From Octopus vulgaris (taxonomy: Eukaryota): a stretch of DNA of 64,000 nucleotides. Both the position numbers and the translations under genes were made by a program. The notes under the pieces are model-generated. The model had not been told where the DNA came from. It worked only from the letters and a program-made list of their open reading frames with translations, and did no database searches. Shown here piece after piece: positions 13,112-28,689 of this stretch; position 1 is the first letter of the stretch, and each line of letters starts with the position of its first letter. The DNA is taken from the NCBI GenBank assembly GCA_951406725.2, contig OX597814.1, positions 81,964,001 to 82,028,000 of the forward strand. Reading direction: 5' to 3'.

Positions 13112-14225
13112 ACATGTGTGTGCGCGCATGCGAATGTGCCTGTATGTATGCATGTATTTATACACACATATATACATACATGAACACAAACACGCAAGCA
13201 TACATGGACACTCACATGCACTTACAACACTGGCTGTGTATAACATTTGTTGGATTTTATATTATTCCGATATGAATGTGATGCGCCGTTGCGTATGTGT
13301 CTGTGTTTACAAGTGAGCGGATGTGTGTGTGTGTGTGTGTATGTGTGTGTGTGTGTATGTGTGTGTGTGTGTGTGTGCGTGTGTTTGTGTGTATGTGTGT
13401 GTGTATGTGTGTGTGCACGTGCGCTAGGGAACGGATAAAGGAAGACATGCTACACGAGAGGAAGCAAGAACACCCTGATAGATACAAAGAGAGGAAGTAA
13501 GCAAGAACTTCCTCATGGATAAAAACACCTAGAATAACGAAGTGTCGTACAAGTGAAAACTCTGCACCAAAAGAAACTTTCGAATCTAACTAATTTGAAG
13601 CAACCGCCCAGCTGTTGTACTCCGGGACATAAGTGAAATATAATTCCTATTCTATTTACACCCAGCAGCCGTCCGATTTTCTCGTCTGCCTCTACGGCTT
13701 GACTAGTTTTGGGCGGACGGTGTTGACTGAATTGTAGGTTTGTTGTTGTTGTTGTTGTTAGAGTAGACATATCATCTTGTCTTCCTTCTAGTACATCATC
13801 TAGTGTGCACCTTTGTTTTTGAAGACTGTTACAATGTAATTTAAGGGAGATTTTGCTGCTATTTCTAGTAGGTCGTGCGACCAACACAGAAGCTCCTTCG
13901 GTGGTTATTGATATAGTTGTTTAGTTGCAGGCATGCCCTGATCTAGCAGTCTTATGATCGAAGGGCAATCCATACGTGACAATCCAGTCTTTTCCCTTTT
14001 TTTCCAGAAATTATCTATGTCCCTAGAATAATATTATCCTCTGCATATCTCTTTCAAAATACAAGGTAGAGTATGCTTGGATGAGATCTCGTTGCTATTT
14101 CTTTTAAACAGCGCGAATGATCAGGTAGAAGCTCTCTCGGTGGCATATATTAAATTCCTTGGAAGCTAAATGGTCAGGGGTGGGTGTAATGCTTATTGTT
14201 TCTTGCATCTTTTATATTTAATTTT

Positions 14226-14445
14226 TAACTTGTTTCAGTCATTAGACTGCGGCCATGCTGAAGCACCGCCTTGAGAAATTTTTAGTCGAACGAATCCACC
14301 CAGAACTTGTTTTCTTTTTAAGCCCGGCACTTATTCTATCGGTCTCTTTTGCTGAACTGCTAAGTTACGGGTACATAAGCTCACCAGCTCCGGTTGTCAA
14401 GCGGTGGTGGAGGAAAACAGACACAAAGACACACGCGCACACACA

Positions 14446-14495
<50 letters not shown>
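14226..14495 (-). mobile_element. 3' half of microsatellite-containing SINE
   Basis: Homologous to 52911-53110; ends in (CA)n. Confidence 0.75.
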
Positions 14496-14496
<1 letters not shown>

Positions 14497-14497
<1 letters not shown>

Positions 14498-15835
14498 TTA
14501 AGTTTTCGGCATTCGGCTTTGAAGCCAATATTTTTCTCACTCACTGCAAGTGCTCTCTTTTTGTCTTTTCTTTCATGTCGTAGTGTTTGATTCTATCTGC
14601 CTCAAGTATTCAAAGGCATTTATAGCTGGATTGAGGTTGAATTTACTTCATCATTTGTCCACTTCGTAACCATATGCCTTCTGTCCTGGCAAGGTTTACT
14701 CGTTACATCACCATCTTAGTACATTTTGAGAGTCCAAACTCCATCTTGATATCGTTGGGGAAAATCCGCACAGATTAGGCTGTCCAGTTCTGCCTCAGTT
14801 TTTGTGAATAGCTTCAGGTCATCCATGAATTGCAAGTGGTTTAGTTTTCCCTTACCTCTTCCCAGATCATACCCCATCTTTGTTTTCTGTAGTATTTCAC
14901 TCAAGGAGATAATTTCCAGCACGAATATCAGTGGGGACACACAGTCCTCTTGGAAGATTCCTCTCTTGATTTTCACTTCTTCTAGTACTTGCTTCCCTAC
15001 TGTCAATTCCGTTCTCCAGTATTTCATGGTATTCCATATAAGGCTTCTCATATTCTTTGCTACTCTGTACATTTCCATTGTTCTTATAATGAAGGAGTGT
15101 GGTATCATATCGTATGTTTTGAGATAGTCAACTCGTCATGCTCAGGTTTGTATGTCTTCTCTTGTAGTTCCTAATAATTATATTCTTAATTAAGAACTGA
15201 AACTTCGTTTCCCGGCTCCTTTTTTGGCACCCTTGTTTCTAAATATCTGTACAGTTCACCGGCCAAAGCGCCTGACATTAGTTTCCACATTAGCGGAAGA
15301 CATGTTATTGGTCCAAACTTGGCTGCAACATTTCCCTTTTCAAGATCCTTGGCACATAAAAATGTCTTTCCCTTTGTCATCCGGCTGGGTACTGCACCTT
15401 CCTTGAAGCACACATCTAGCTATTATGCTATCCTTTCATGAAGCCCTCTCAGCTTCTTCATCCAATACTCTTGGACCCCATCCGGTCGTGGGTTCTTCTA
15501 ATTTCGAATTTCTTAACAGCTTTTTTATCATTTCTGTAGTCATCTTTGTCTTCTAGGACTTCTGTATCTCTCAACCTAACTTGGATTTCATGCAGCCACT
15601 CCACTTCATTATTATGCTCTTCAGGTTGGTCCCAGATCCATATCCTGAATGCCTTATCTGGCATCATTGTTACTTGTAATTGCCCATCTAGTTCCCGAAA
15701 CAGTTTCTTCTGATTTACTTCACGCAATCTGTTTTACCTGAATTGTTTTTTCTATTGTCATATCTGTCCAGCTTTGTTTTGATTGCTACTACTCTTTGTT
15801 TCAATTCTTCCAATATCACTTTGTTTCAGTTCTTC
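14497..15835 (-). mobile_element. R4/Dong-like (RLE) non-LTR retrotransposon, degenerate RT
   Basis: NQKKLFREL, GPITCLPLMWKL, MIPHS, IKRGIFQEDCVSPLIFVL, NHLQFMDDLKLF motifs over several frameshifted ORFs. Confidence 0.88.
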
Positions 15836-15976
15836 TTCTTCTTGTTCTTCTTGTTCTTGTTCTTCTTCTTCTTCTTCTTCTTCTTCTTCTTCTTCTTCTT
15901 CTTCTTCTTCTTCTTCTTCTTCTTCTTCTTCTTCTTCTTCTTCTTCTTCTTCTTCTTCTTCTTCTTCTTCTTTTTC

Positions 15977-16027
<51 letters not shown>

Positions 16028-16140
16028 GTTTATCTTTCATTTGTTTCAATTCTTCCAATATCACTTTGTTTCAGTTCTTCTTCTTCTTCTTCTTCTTCTT
16101 CTTCTTCTTCTTCTTCTTCTTCTTCTTCTTCTTCTTCTTC

Positions 16141-16188
<48 letters not shown>

Positions 16189-16201
16189 GTTTATCTTTCA
16201 T
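15797..16201. repeat. Tandem duplication of a compound (TTC)n-(ATT)n microsatellite unit
   Basis: tgtttcaattcttccaatatcactttgtttcag-(TTC)n-cc-(ATT)n-gtttatctttcat occurs twice. Confidence 0.9.
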
Positions 16202-17194
16202 TATCTAACGTGTCCATGTAAAAAAGAAAGCGGTAATGTGCACTTTGTGAGAGATTTGGCTGCTGTTTTGAATTAAAAATTCGCGTCTAGGTATTTTTTC
16301 ATCGCTCATGATCCCTCATAACTTGATATTCGTGATGGTAGTTGTTGGAGACTATGATGATGATGTAAATGACGACGGCGACGATGACGATCGTTTAAGT
16401 GCTGTTGTTGCCATTGTTGTTGTTGGCTGTAATGTTGATGGTGTAGACCAGGGGTTATTGTGCCCGTGTTATTGTGCCCGTGTTATTGTGCCCGTAGGCT
16501 GATATACTCATATGTGCAAAATATAGTAAATTTTGCAATCAAAATTTATACAATATTCGTATACCTATTTGCGACATAGTTCACGTTTCCACAACGACTT
16601 AAAATGGTCAGAAATCGTCCAGTAATTGCCATTTGAATGGAAATTTTGTTTTCACTATAAAACACATATTGCTAGGTTTATACCACCCTCTTGAGACCCA
16701 ACTACACTTTAGCTGAAAAAAATAGACTACCTCTTAAGTAATATCAACGTCCTAAATTCAGTGGCGGCGTTAATGAAGATGTTACGCGTTAATTTAATGT
16801 GTTAAACTTGTCTTTATTAATTTATGTCAAATTATGCATTGATATATATAAGATTTACACATATATAAACCTGTGATCCGCTCAAGGACCTTTTTCTTAG
16901 GAAAATTCTTCCCGCCGCACTAAAAAGTTTCTCCACCATTGGTGTCGACGTTACTGTTGGTGAAACGGTGAATCAGGATACCAAATAATTAATGAACATA
17001 GGTATAAACATACAAGCGCTTAGTGATACAGAAATGCATACATGCGTATTTCTCTCCTTCGCCCCTCAAATTCTCCGTCCCTCTAGATATTCCTACAAAA
17101 TTTGAGGCGTTGTTGCTTACGCGTGTATTTCGGTGCATATGCCTGTGTGTGTGTGTGCGTGAGTGTGAGTGAGCGAGTGTGAGTGAGTGAGTGT

Positions 17195-17270
<76 letters not shown>

Positions 17271-17381
17271 GTATGTAAGTGTGATAAGTGAAATGGGAGA
17301 GAAACTGAAAAGTGAAAGATACAAACCGATGATACTTACATATATACATATATACAAATATATACAGATATACGCATGTGC

Positions 17382-17474
<93 letters not shown>

Positions 17475-18062
17475 TATTGTATATACATGTATTAATACAC
17501 CTAAGTGCATAACTATGCACTTAAATATATTAATAAGCACATATATATTACATGTAAACAAATGATGTCTATATATTCTGCGCTCCACATATTTAAATAA
17601 ATATATAAAGAATACGAAATTTAAAAAATTCAACGATGGGATAAAACAAACATTCACTGAGGGCATAAAGTGCACGGAAGGCAATAATTAGTGGTTATAC
17701 ACCCTGCTCCATATATATATGCATGCACGCGCCTACTCACACACACTTACAACCTCATACACACACATACCTACACGCATTCATATATATGGTGTATATG
17801 TTTGTATACATACTCACACACACATACGCGCATATATTATTGCTAGGAGGAAACCTCTGTTCCACCCAAAATTATATCTATAAACATTTGTACTTGTCAA
17901 ATTAAAATATGGCAATAATTGTATTCGGTAATTCGAACTCAAATTATCCACTCAAACTCCCCCTCTCTCTTTCTTTCTCTCTCTCCCTCTCCCCTTTCCT
18001 TCTCTCTCTCTATATGTGTATGTATATGTGTGTGAGTAGATTTGTATGTAAATGTGTATGAA

Positions 18063-18142
<80 letters not shown>

Positions 18143-18634
18143 TGTGTCTGTGCGTGTGAGTGTGTGAGTTTGAATGATTCTGTATTTAATTTTACTCATC
18201 CCTGCTAAACTCTCTACTGTCCTAACAGAGAATTACAAATGAATCCAAATTTAAGATTGTATGTATGTATGTATGTGCACATGCGTATATCTGTATACAT
18301 TTGTATATATGTATATATGTAAGTATCATCGGTTCGTATCTTTCACTTTTCAGTTTCTCTCCCATTTCACTTATCACACTTACATACTCTCTCTCTTACT
18401 CCCAACTTCCATTATGCTGAAGCTTGATAGAAACAGCAGACACAAGTTTTCACAAGTACCGCAAGAGAGTTAGCAATAAAAGTGTTGTATAATTAAAGTG
18501 GAGGGGTTTCTTTCGTTACTAATTCGTGTTGAGCTCAAGATTTTATATTGACTTCGGTAAGATGAGTCCTGCTTGAGTGTATTATTCTCATCAAAATCAA
18601 ACTGATGTTGCAGGACAGTCGAGAGAAAATATTA

Positions 18635-19116
18635 CACTGTGTAACAAAACTTTTATTTATTTATTTTTTTTGGTCTTTGGTTAGTAATTGCTATTTCCTA
18701 TTTTCTTCTATCTAGAAATCAAAGGAAATCACTACTATTCCCTTCAACCTGGACATCATTGTTTTAAAACTTATCTATTTTCCATTACATTTCAATCAGA
18801 TTCAGCGCTGAGTTGCTGAAGCGGAAATGTCGTTATAGCACATATTCTGCTCAATACCACAGATCTGCTTGTCACTCGCTTGACCTTAATCACTTGAGCA
18901 TGTCCCTTGGTGGCTGACAGTATGTGCATCTCTGATCATGAGCAGAAGTAGTAGGAGTGTATCAAATGCATGTGTTGAGAGAGATTCTTTGAGGTTTGAA
19001 TAAATGTGACAAAAGCAAAGTTTGAAGAAAATACTAGCCATTTCTCATACTTTCTAGGTGTAAGCAAATAGGAAATAACAGTTGCTAACCAAATACAAAA
19101 ATCGTGTTACGCTGTG
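18635..19116. mobile_element. MITE (Tc1/mariner-like, TA-flanked)
   Basis: TIR consensus CACTGTGTAACACGATTTTTG; second full-length homologous copy at 55041-55502. Confidence 0.75.
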
Positions 19117-20334
19117 TTATAGTGACAGGCGTTTGTGAGAGTTTCTCAAAGGAATGCTGTATAATTAAGAGTTCTTTCGTTAGTTTGTAGCGTTGAGCTC
19201 AACTTGTATTGGTTTAAGGAAGAAAACGATTGTTCTCTTCCGTGCGTTTCTCGTCAGAATCCAACTGATAATGCAGGACAGTCGAAAGAAAGATTTATAA
19301 TCAGGGCAAGGTAATATTATAACCACCGATTATTAAAGCAAAAAGCAGTTTCATTAATATTATTTTTTTATTGCCGAAGATCATAGGATAATCACTGACA
19401 AGTTTATGCTCGAGCATGTAGTAGTGGAGTCCTCCGGAGTTCTCGGCTCCGGACCATATCCCTGCTTACTGCTATCGGGAGGAAAGTGCGAGCTCCGTGA
19501 GTCAGAGTGGCTGTTCCAGTGCATCTTCCTCGCCAACCTTCGGGACAATACCTTTTCCATTTTGTCTGCTGGAAATTTCACGTTCCACTCTTTAGAGTAA
19601 CATTTCTGTGTTAAGCTGACTGTGATTTTGATCTTCTAAAAGTGCTTTGCGTACCTTCATATGGCAAAGTTTTGTATGATATATCTGGATTCAATATTTC
19701 ATTGAATATTTCATTGACTTCTGGAGTAGAATAGTGACAGATACTTAAAACCCACTACAAACAACAAAATGAGGATAAAAGATAGAGATAAAGTTCGAAA
19801 TACTAGATGAATATATAGGAAAAAGTAGGCCGATGAAAGGCATTGGAACATTAAGTAAAGATGAAAATGAATGTAATTATTTTTCAGTCTTTATCAACAA
19901 TATCCACTTTAATTCTTTGGACACATAAAAGAGAACAAAATATAAGTATCAGCTGAGAAAGTACCAGAGATTTGAAGTTTGTATATGTTTTTCTATGTCC
20001 GTTGTACTTATTAACATATCTGGTTAAGGAATAGGGCGTACTCTTTCTAATCTAGATGTGTTAATAAGTGCAGGTATGCAAAAACGAATGTAATAGAAAA
20101 CCCGATTTAGGACAAAACTAAAAAAAAAAAAATAGAAAGAAGAAAAAAAATCCCTCGAATAACCCCCTACACACACACATATCTACGTTTTAACTGTCAA
20201 GTAAGACAGAGACCTACGATTATAAAATTAACCAAAAGAAAAAAAAATTTTCAAAACGAAAAATCCTAAAATATTAAAAGATTAATTTATCAATTATTTC
20301 ATCTGGTTTTAGTTGAATAATAGAAAGTGAAAGG

Positions 20335-20406
<72 letters not shown>

Positions 20407-20614
20407 TATAGGTGATTTCGTTATAGAATGTGCATTTATTTCCTTATGTGTCTCCTAAAATGTTTTGAAAATTATTGTAGAAAAATTTTAATCAAATACA
20501 TTTTATCCTTCTTTGCATTTTAATTCCTCTAAGAGTATTTTATCCTATGAGCTTTGTTGATCCGTGTATTTTGTTTTGCTTTCCTTTTTCTAGATCTCTA
20601 AAAAAGATATCGGA

Positions 20615-20820
20615 AAGGTGGAGCGTAGCTGTATGGTAAGGAGTTTGCTTCCCATCCACATGGTCTGGGTTCAGTCCCACTCCGTGGTACCTTAGACAAG
20701 TGTCTTTTGCTATAACCTCGGGCAGGCCAAGACCTTTTGACTGGATTTGGTAGACGAAAACTGAACGAAACACGTCGTATATACATATATATATATACAT
20801 ATACATTATGTCTTTGTGTC

Positions 20821-20867
<47 letters not shown>

Positions 20868-21078
20868 TTTGTGTCTGTGTTCGTCCCCATCACCGCCTGA
20901 TAATCGGTGTTGGTGTGTTTATGTTCCCATAACTTACCGGTTCGGCAAAAGGCTCTGATAGAATAAGTACCAGGCTTAAAGAAAAGGACTGGGGTCGATT
21001 CATTCGACTCAAAACGCTTCAGGACTGCGCCCAGCATGACCGCAGTCTAATGACGGAAACTAGTAAAAGATAAAAGAT
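20615..21078 (+). mobile_element. Full-length tRNA-derived SINE with internal (TA)n
   Basis: A-box-like tagctgtatggtaag, B-box-like gggttcagtccc, 3' stem-loop and (TAAAAGA)n tail. Confidence 0.85.
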
Positions 21079-21554
21079 TAAAATAGATGATGTGTACATG
21101 TTGTCACATGATACCTCCAGTGATAAACCATTCCATGTTTCTGTGCACGGCATGGGTCTCCAACAGACAAAGATCCGGCAAGACTGGAGCAATGAACCTG
21201 TACACCACATCCTGTTGTTCTGTTAACTTTGCGCCATTGCTCTGCCTGAGATGAACAATAGTGGGAAGGTGTGGTTTCTATTTGCAGATTGGTTCGTGCG
21301 TTGTGTCCTTGAACACCACACATCGTTGCACGTTGCAACAGACTAGGCAGCTGAAAATCAGTACAAGTCGGATGGTGATCCAGCTCACACTCGCATCAAT
21401 CTGTCGCACCCTCGAAGTTTTGCTGGTTCAAGGAGTCGAGAGGACCAAAGTTTGTTAGTGTTTGTGCTCGACTACATAGGCAGCAAGACAATTAGCTAAC
21501 ATATAGTTCAATCAATTACACGCTTGTGAGTGACTAAGCACACACACGCAAACA

Positions 21555-21707
<153 letters not shown>

Positions 21708-21979
21708 TCCCGCACACATGCGTACACACACAAACATAAAACGTCAAAGAGTTTTTCCTTTGCTTTTAAGTATTAAAGTAATAACTACTTTCTTAAAACT
21801 TGTGACACTCGGTTTGTACATTATCTAATACATAATATATGATATAATATAGTATATATATGTGTGTGTGTGTTTGTGTTTGTATATATATATATATATA
21901 TATGCGTGTATGTATTTATGTATATATACATGTATGTATTTATGTATATATATATGTATGTATGTATGTATGTCTGATT

Positions 21980-22050
<71 letters not shown>

Positions 22051-22158
22051 TCGGGTTATGAGTAGTGTTGACAGTCATGCTTCACAATTTTTGACTGTAG
22101 CAAGATGAGTGATTCTGTGCTATAAATACAGCTGGGTAGGCTCCAGATACACACAGAT

Positions 22159-22422
22159 ATATCGTTGCTATTATGCAAAAGTATCGTAAGTCCAAAACGT
22201 TGCCTTTTCAGAACACGAAAAAATAGTTTCACCGCTCCATAGTAAAACCGTTGTACTTCACTTTGAGAATTTTCATATCTTGGCACCTGAAGTAGCTGGA
22301 GATACGACAGTTTGACTAAAAGAACCAGCTATTGCAAAGAAAAATAAATATTGAAAAAAAAACAAAAAAACGCAGTTCGCCAAATTTGGACATACGACAG
22401 TTTAACATAATAGCAACGATAT
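22159..22422. mobile_element. MITE with ~38-bp TIRs
   Basis: atatcgttgctattatgcaaaagtatcgtaagtccaaa versus tttggacatacgacagtttaacataatagcaacgatat. Confidence 0.75.
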
Positions 22423-22661
22423 GTATATGGCAAGAAGAGATGACACACTGACTTATAAAAAAGAATTCATACCAATTATGAAATTTTAAATCACTAATCG
22501 ATCGTTCAAATCTGTTTTCTTATCACTCAGTTTAATGTGTTTTCTGCAGAGTTCTGATTGGTTGATGTGCACTGATTGACTGATCAAATCTCCGATAAAC
22601 TGTCACTAAAATATCTTATGACAACTCGTTCTTGTTAATCATTTTCCTGTCGTTGTAACGA

Positions 22662-23560
<899 letters not shown>

Positions 23561-23903
23561 TGTGTCTGTTGTCTGTTGTCTGTCTGTCTGTCTGTCTCTC
23601 TCTGTCTGTCTCTCTCTCTCTGTCTCTGTCTCTGTCTCTCTGTCTCTCTCTCTCTTGAGAGGCAGAAAGGCAGAAAAAAAGAAAATGTCCCACCTATTTG
23701 GAAACTATGGAAATATTTTTGAAAAACATTTCATTTCATTTTTCCACAATTTAATTGTTTTTCATGCTTTACTCTAAGTTGAAATAGTCGCAAATACTGA
23801 AAACAGTACTAAAATGTTCTTTATCATAAAATTATTTTAGCATTTTCTACCTCGTCCTATTTTCCTTATACATATCAACTCGTGTGTTACTTTTCAACCC
23901 TTT

Positions 23904-23938
<35 letters not shown>

Positions 23939-23994
23939 CACAAATATATACATATATATGTATATATATATATACATATGTATATATACACACA

Positions 23995-24026
<32 letters not shown>

Positions 24027-24255
24027 CATATACGCTTATATATATATGCACGTATATATGTATGTATGTATGTACGTACGTATGTATGTATGTATGTATG
24101 TATGTATGTATGTATGTATTTGTATGCATGCATACCCGCCGGGCTAACTCATAATTTTCGTCTTTCAACATTTCACTCAGACGCTTTAAACTTATTTTTA
24201 TTATTTTCTTCTTCTTCTTCTTCTTCTTCTTCTTCTTCTTCTTCTTCTTCTTCTT

Positions 24256-24356
<101 letters not shown>

Positions 24357-24850
24357 CTTGCTATTGCTTAAGTAGATGCCTAAAATAAACTACACGATCT
24401 TGTTAAGTATATGAATCTGTAGTTGTAGACAGAAAAAAATTAAATGAGATAGCTTGACTGAAGCCGGAATAGTAGAACCGGAAGAAGACAGTTTCGCGAA
24501 TAATTTATTTCGTTTCTTTTTAAATAAACAAAGTAGCAAGTGTGAGATATTAACTTTAAGATTATATAATTATTTACAAAATAATAATTCACGGAAAAGT
24601 TTATAAACAAAGCGTCGGATACGACCATTTTCACATTTCACATGAAGTGACATTAATGTATAATCAGGAATGCGTGCGCGTGTGTTTGTGTGTGTGTGAG
24701 TGTTAGTGTGTTTGTATATACGAAATTAACAGCATGGACATTGTATATTATGCATGTATATATAAGTATATGTAAGTGCTTGCATGTGTATTTGTGTATC
24801 GTATCTGAAGTGTATATATACAAGTATATAACGTGTTTATGCGTATGCGT

Positions 24851-24885
<35 letters not shown>

Positions 24886-24904
24886 TTATACATATACATA
24901 CATA

Positions 24905-24941
<37 letters not shown>

Positions 24942-25327
24942 ACACACACACACGCATATATATATATGAATGTATATGTATGTGTGTGTGTGAATTGGAC
25001 TCAGAACATAACGAACCAGAACAAAGACCACAAGACATTTTGTCCGCTGTTCTAACGATTTTGCCAATTTGCAATCAGTCCGCGCCATTTTCTGCATATC
25101 AACCACAAAGAGCCGCTCTCAAAAGATCGTCTAATTATTTCTGCTTGAAGAGGCAAAGTCCCCTGAAATTCACTCTAAGCCCATATATTTTCGTATCCTT
25201 TATAGTTTACTTTTTTCAGTCATAAGGTCGCGGCCATGCTGGGGCATCGCATTGAAGAATTTTAATCGAATGAATCGACCTCAGTACTTACTTTTTTTAA
25301 AGCCTGCACTTATTCTATATATATATA

Positions 25328-25789
25328 CTAGCAGTATCGCCCGGTGTTGCTCGGGTTTGTAAGAGAAATAACTATATAAGCATTTTTAGAGTTGTAAAGT
25401 ATAATAGCCATCTCAATATGGCTAACCACAAAGGGGAGGTGTTACTGTAGCTTAGAGAGTTACTTCCCTTATATATGCCAAAAATGCATTAAAAATGTGA
25501 AAAATTAATGGTAAATTTTTTTTTAAATCGTAGACTCATCGTAGACATTTTTAGAGAGTTACCTCCCTTATATATGCCAAAAATGCATTAAAAACGTGAA
25601 AAATTGATGGTAAATTTTTTTAAATCGTAGACTCATCGTAGACGCGCGCTAATACCCAGAAGGGTTCGATATGAATCACGACTATAAGATACCTGGTTTT
25701 GGTTAAACTGCACCGCAAAATGTGGGAGTAGTTAGGAATCTAAATCGTAGGAGACAGACAGCACACAACCTTACTTTTATATATAAAGA
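25328..25789 (-). mobile_element. Non-autonomous Helitron nested in a SINE
   Basis: Minus-strand 5' TC (tctttatatataaaag) and 3' cccgagcaacaccggg hairpin plus CTAG; internal ~90-bp direct repeat; SINE halves on either side (25215-25318 and 25800-26085). Confidence 0.8.
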
Positions 25790-25918
25790 AATTTTTTTTT
25801 TGCAGAAAAGCTAAGTTACGGGAATGTAAACACTGTCAAGCGGTGGTGGTGGTAGGGGAACAAACACAGAGACAAACACACACACACATACACAGACACA
25901 GATACAGACACACACACA

Positions 25919-25963
<45 letters not shown>

Positions 25964-28461
25964 GACGAGCGTCTTTCAGTTTCCGTCGACCAAATCCTCT
26001 CACAAGGCTTTGGTCGGCTCGAGGCTATAGTAAAAACGCTTGCCCAAGCTTTCACACTATGGGCTTAAATCCAGGCCCATGTAGGTCATCGCCTTACCTG
26101 TCCGGAAAGTCACCCTTTCTTATTCAACCAAAAGAAATAAAAAAAGGCATAAGGGGTTATTCTATTCTCTTTGTTTTTGCTTGAGTGTATCATAGCTAGG
26201 AAATTAACAGAGTTGTTTGAGCATCGACTAGAAAGAATCCCTGAGGTATTCGTTTCGGTTCTCTACTCACTGAGTTTAAATTCCGCCGTGATCAACTTCA
26301 ATCTTCTTGCTTTCTGGATCAGTAAAATAGGTATTAATCACGGGTACTAGATTGATGGAATTTTTAAGATATTAGAGGAAAGTATTTCTTCTGGATCTTT
26401 ACGTTCTGAGTTCAGATTCTGCTAACACTTTAAGCATGGTGGTATCCCTTTCAATCGATAACTGACCAGCGAGCCAAGCCGTATAGATAAGCTGGATATT
26501 ACACGCTGAAGAGAAAATATATATCTTCTTTCCATGCATGGTTTATTACCATAATTTAATTCTTGTTTACTAAGAGGAGTCACTGAGATGGTCAATCTGT
26601 TTGCTTCCTCCTGATAAACAAACTTGCGACCTCAAAACCTATTTTACTGAACCTATATACCTTGCCTTTCCTGATGGCATGAGCAAACGTAAATGTATTA
26701 GGGTAATTGCGGTTAGGATCGAAATCAAATTGCAGTTACCAAGACTTTATTAGGCAACGACTGCAATTCGAATGGAAGATAAATAGATAGATAGATAGAT
26801 AGATAGAGAGATAGAGAGAAAAAGAGAGAGAGAGAGAGAGAGAGGGAGAGAAAGAGAGAGGGGGTGGGGGACTGAACGAATGAGAAACTAATTTCCAGTT
26901 TTGCCACTTACTTCAGTGAGAAATGAGCAAGGTCGCTCGCCCTGTCAAAAATAGAGACCAAATCTTTCTCAAATCAAATCTTACCGTGTTAAAGAAAAGT
27001 AAAGGTGCATTGGATAATATAGTCACAGATATACAATGTCTGAAAGTGAGATGAGACGGTCAAAGCAAGAATCTCCTTGATCATAGATCTTTTCATTCAG
27101 AGCTCACTCCGGCTAAAGAACAACATATCCATCACATGGCAATATTCAACGAAGCATGCACTGTTGTTTATCTTCACTCACAGCACCCTCTCTTTCCCTT
27201 CGCTTCTTCTGAATTCTTCTTCCGCTCGTGAGTATCCCTCTTCTCGTAAAGTAATCGTTGTTTTGTTGTGGAGAAATCTTAGTAAAACAACCACTTACAC
27301 AAACGCTACAGTTGTAACGCGTAACGGATGAAACTCAGAAATAATAAAAGATGTTAGTTTAGTCGAATTTCAACATCTGTTCCTTACATGGAAGGAGTGG
27401 AAGATGGCCAAAGCGGCGGTTGTCTGGTTAGCTGGCGGGCTGGTTGACTGGCTGGCTGGCTGGCCGGTTGGTTGGCTGGCTGGCTGGCTGGCTTAGTTCA
27501 CTGGTTGCTTGGGCTAGCGTGTTTAAATAAATATTAGTTTACTTTGCATGCCGTTTTTAAACTACAATGTGTTCTCGTACGAAAACAAAGTTTTCTTGTG
27601 AATTTATCGATGTGCCTTATAAGTTGTATGAGCAATTATGTGCTTAAGACAAGAAGGTAGCAAGAAGGAGAGATAGAAACACAGAGAAATAAGAAGACAT
27701 TCGAGAAGGAGTCAGACAAAGAAATTGAGAGGGAGAGAAAGAGAGATTTGGATGCTAACATAAATTTAGATAGATTGTAAGACAGTAAGATATGTGAAAT
27801 ATATTACGGGAGGAGAGAGAATGATGACTAAAAGACTTTAAGAGAGACAGATAGAGACTGATGGGAGAAGAGGGAAAGTGGCAGAAAGTATGTGACTGAA
27901 ACATTAAGAGGAGAATATGTACCGTTGTGTGTGTGTGTGCATTGGAAAAAAATTAAGTGCAAAAGATGCAGAAAAGAAGAGGATTAAAATGAAGGAGAGA
28001 CCAGTGGAATGTGTGAAATATTTAAAGAGATAGGGAGATAGTCAGGAAGAGAAAGCCAATGACAGTGATAGGAAAGTAGCTTGAAAAGGTAAGTGGGTGC
28101 AAAAAGGAAAGAAAGATAGACAGTAAGAGAAGCAGAGGGCAATAGAGAAGAAACATTGTGCAAATTTAGCTACAACATCCCCATTTCATGGTTGAATACA
28201 TTCATGATTGGCTTACGTAACTGTGAAACGTAGATAATATTCATGTGGGAAATCATATGTATAAACGAATGAGCTAACGAAGGAGACTAGAAATAGCAGC
28301 AAAATTTTCAAACAATACTGTAACGTCTTAAAGGAACTACATTACGGAAATGAATTTTTTTAAAAAACAAACAAGACGTCATGGCTCCAAAGATTTTGAT
28401 CCTAGATTTGGCCGATCTTACCTGAACAATAACAGCATTAGATTTATCTAACCACATTTAT

Positions 28462-28492
<31 letters not shown>

Positions 28493-28647
28493 TACACACA
28501 CACACATCAAATTAAATTAAATTTATATATCAAATATTTATATATCAAATTAAATTAAATTTAAATGTTGAAGTGAATCTAACGGTTTTTTGTGTTTTTA
28601 AATGGCTTATAAAGATCTTACACGCTTGCTATAAAAGTAAATCTCCG

Positions 28648-28683
<36 letters not shown>

Positions 28684-28689
<6 letters not shown>

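Noticed and set aside
18635-19116. RSS heptamer / Transib or RAG-like transposon (CACTGTG ends)
   Set aside because: Heptamer faces the wrong way for Transib termini, no nonamer, and TA flanks fit a Tc1/mariner MITE
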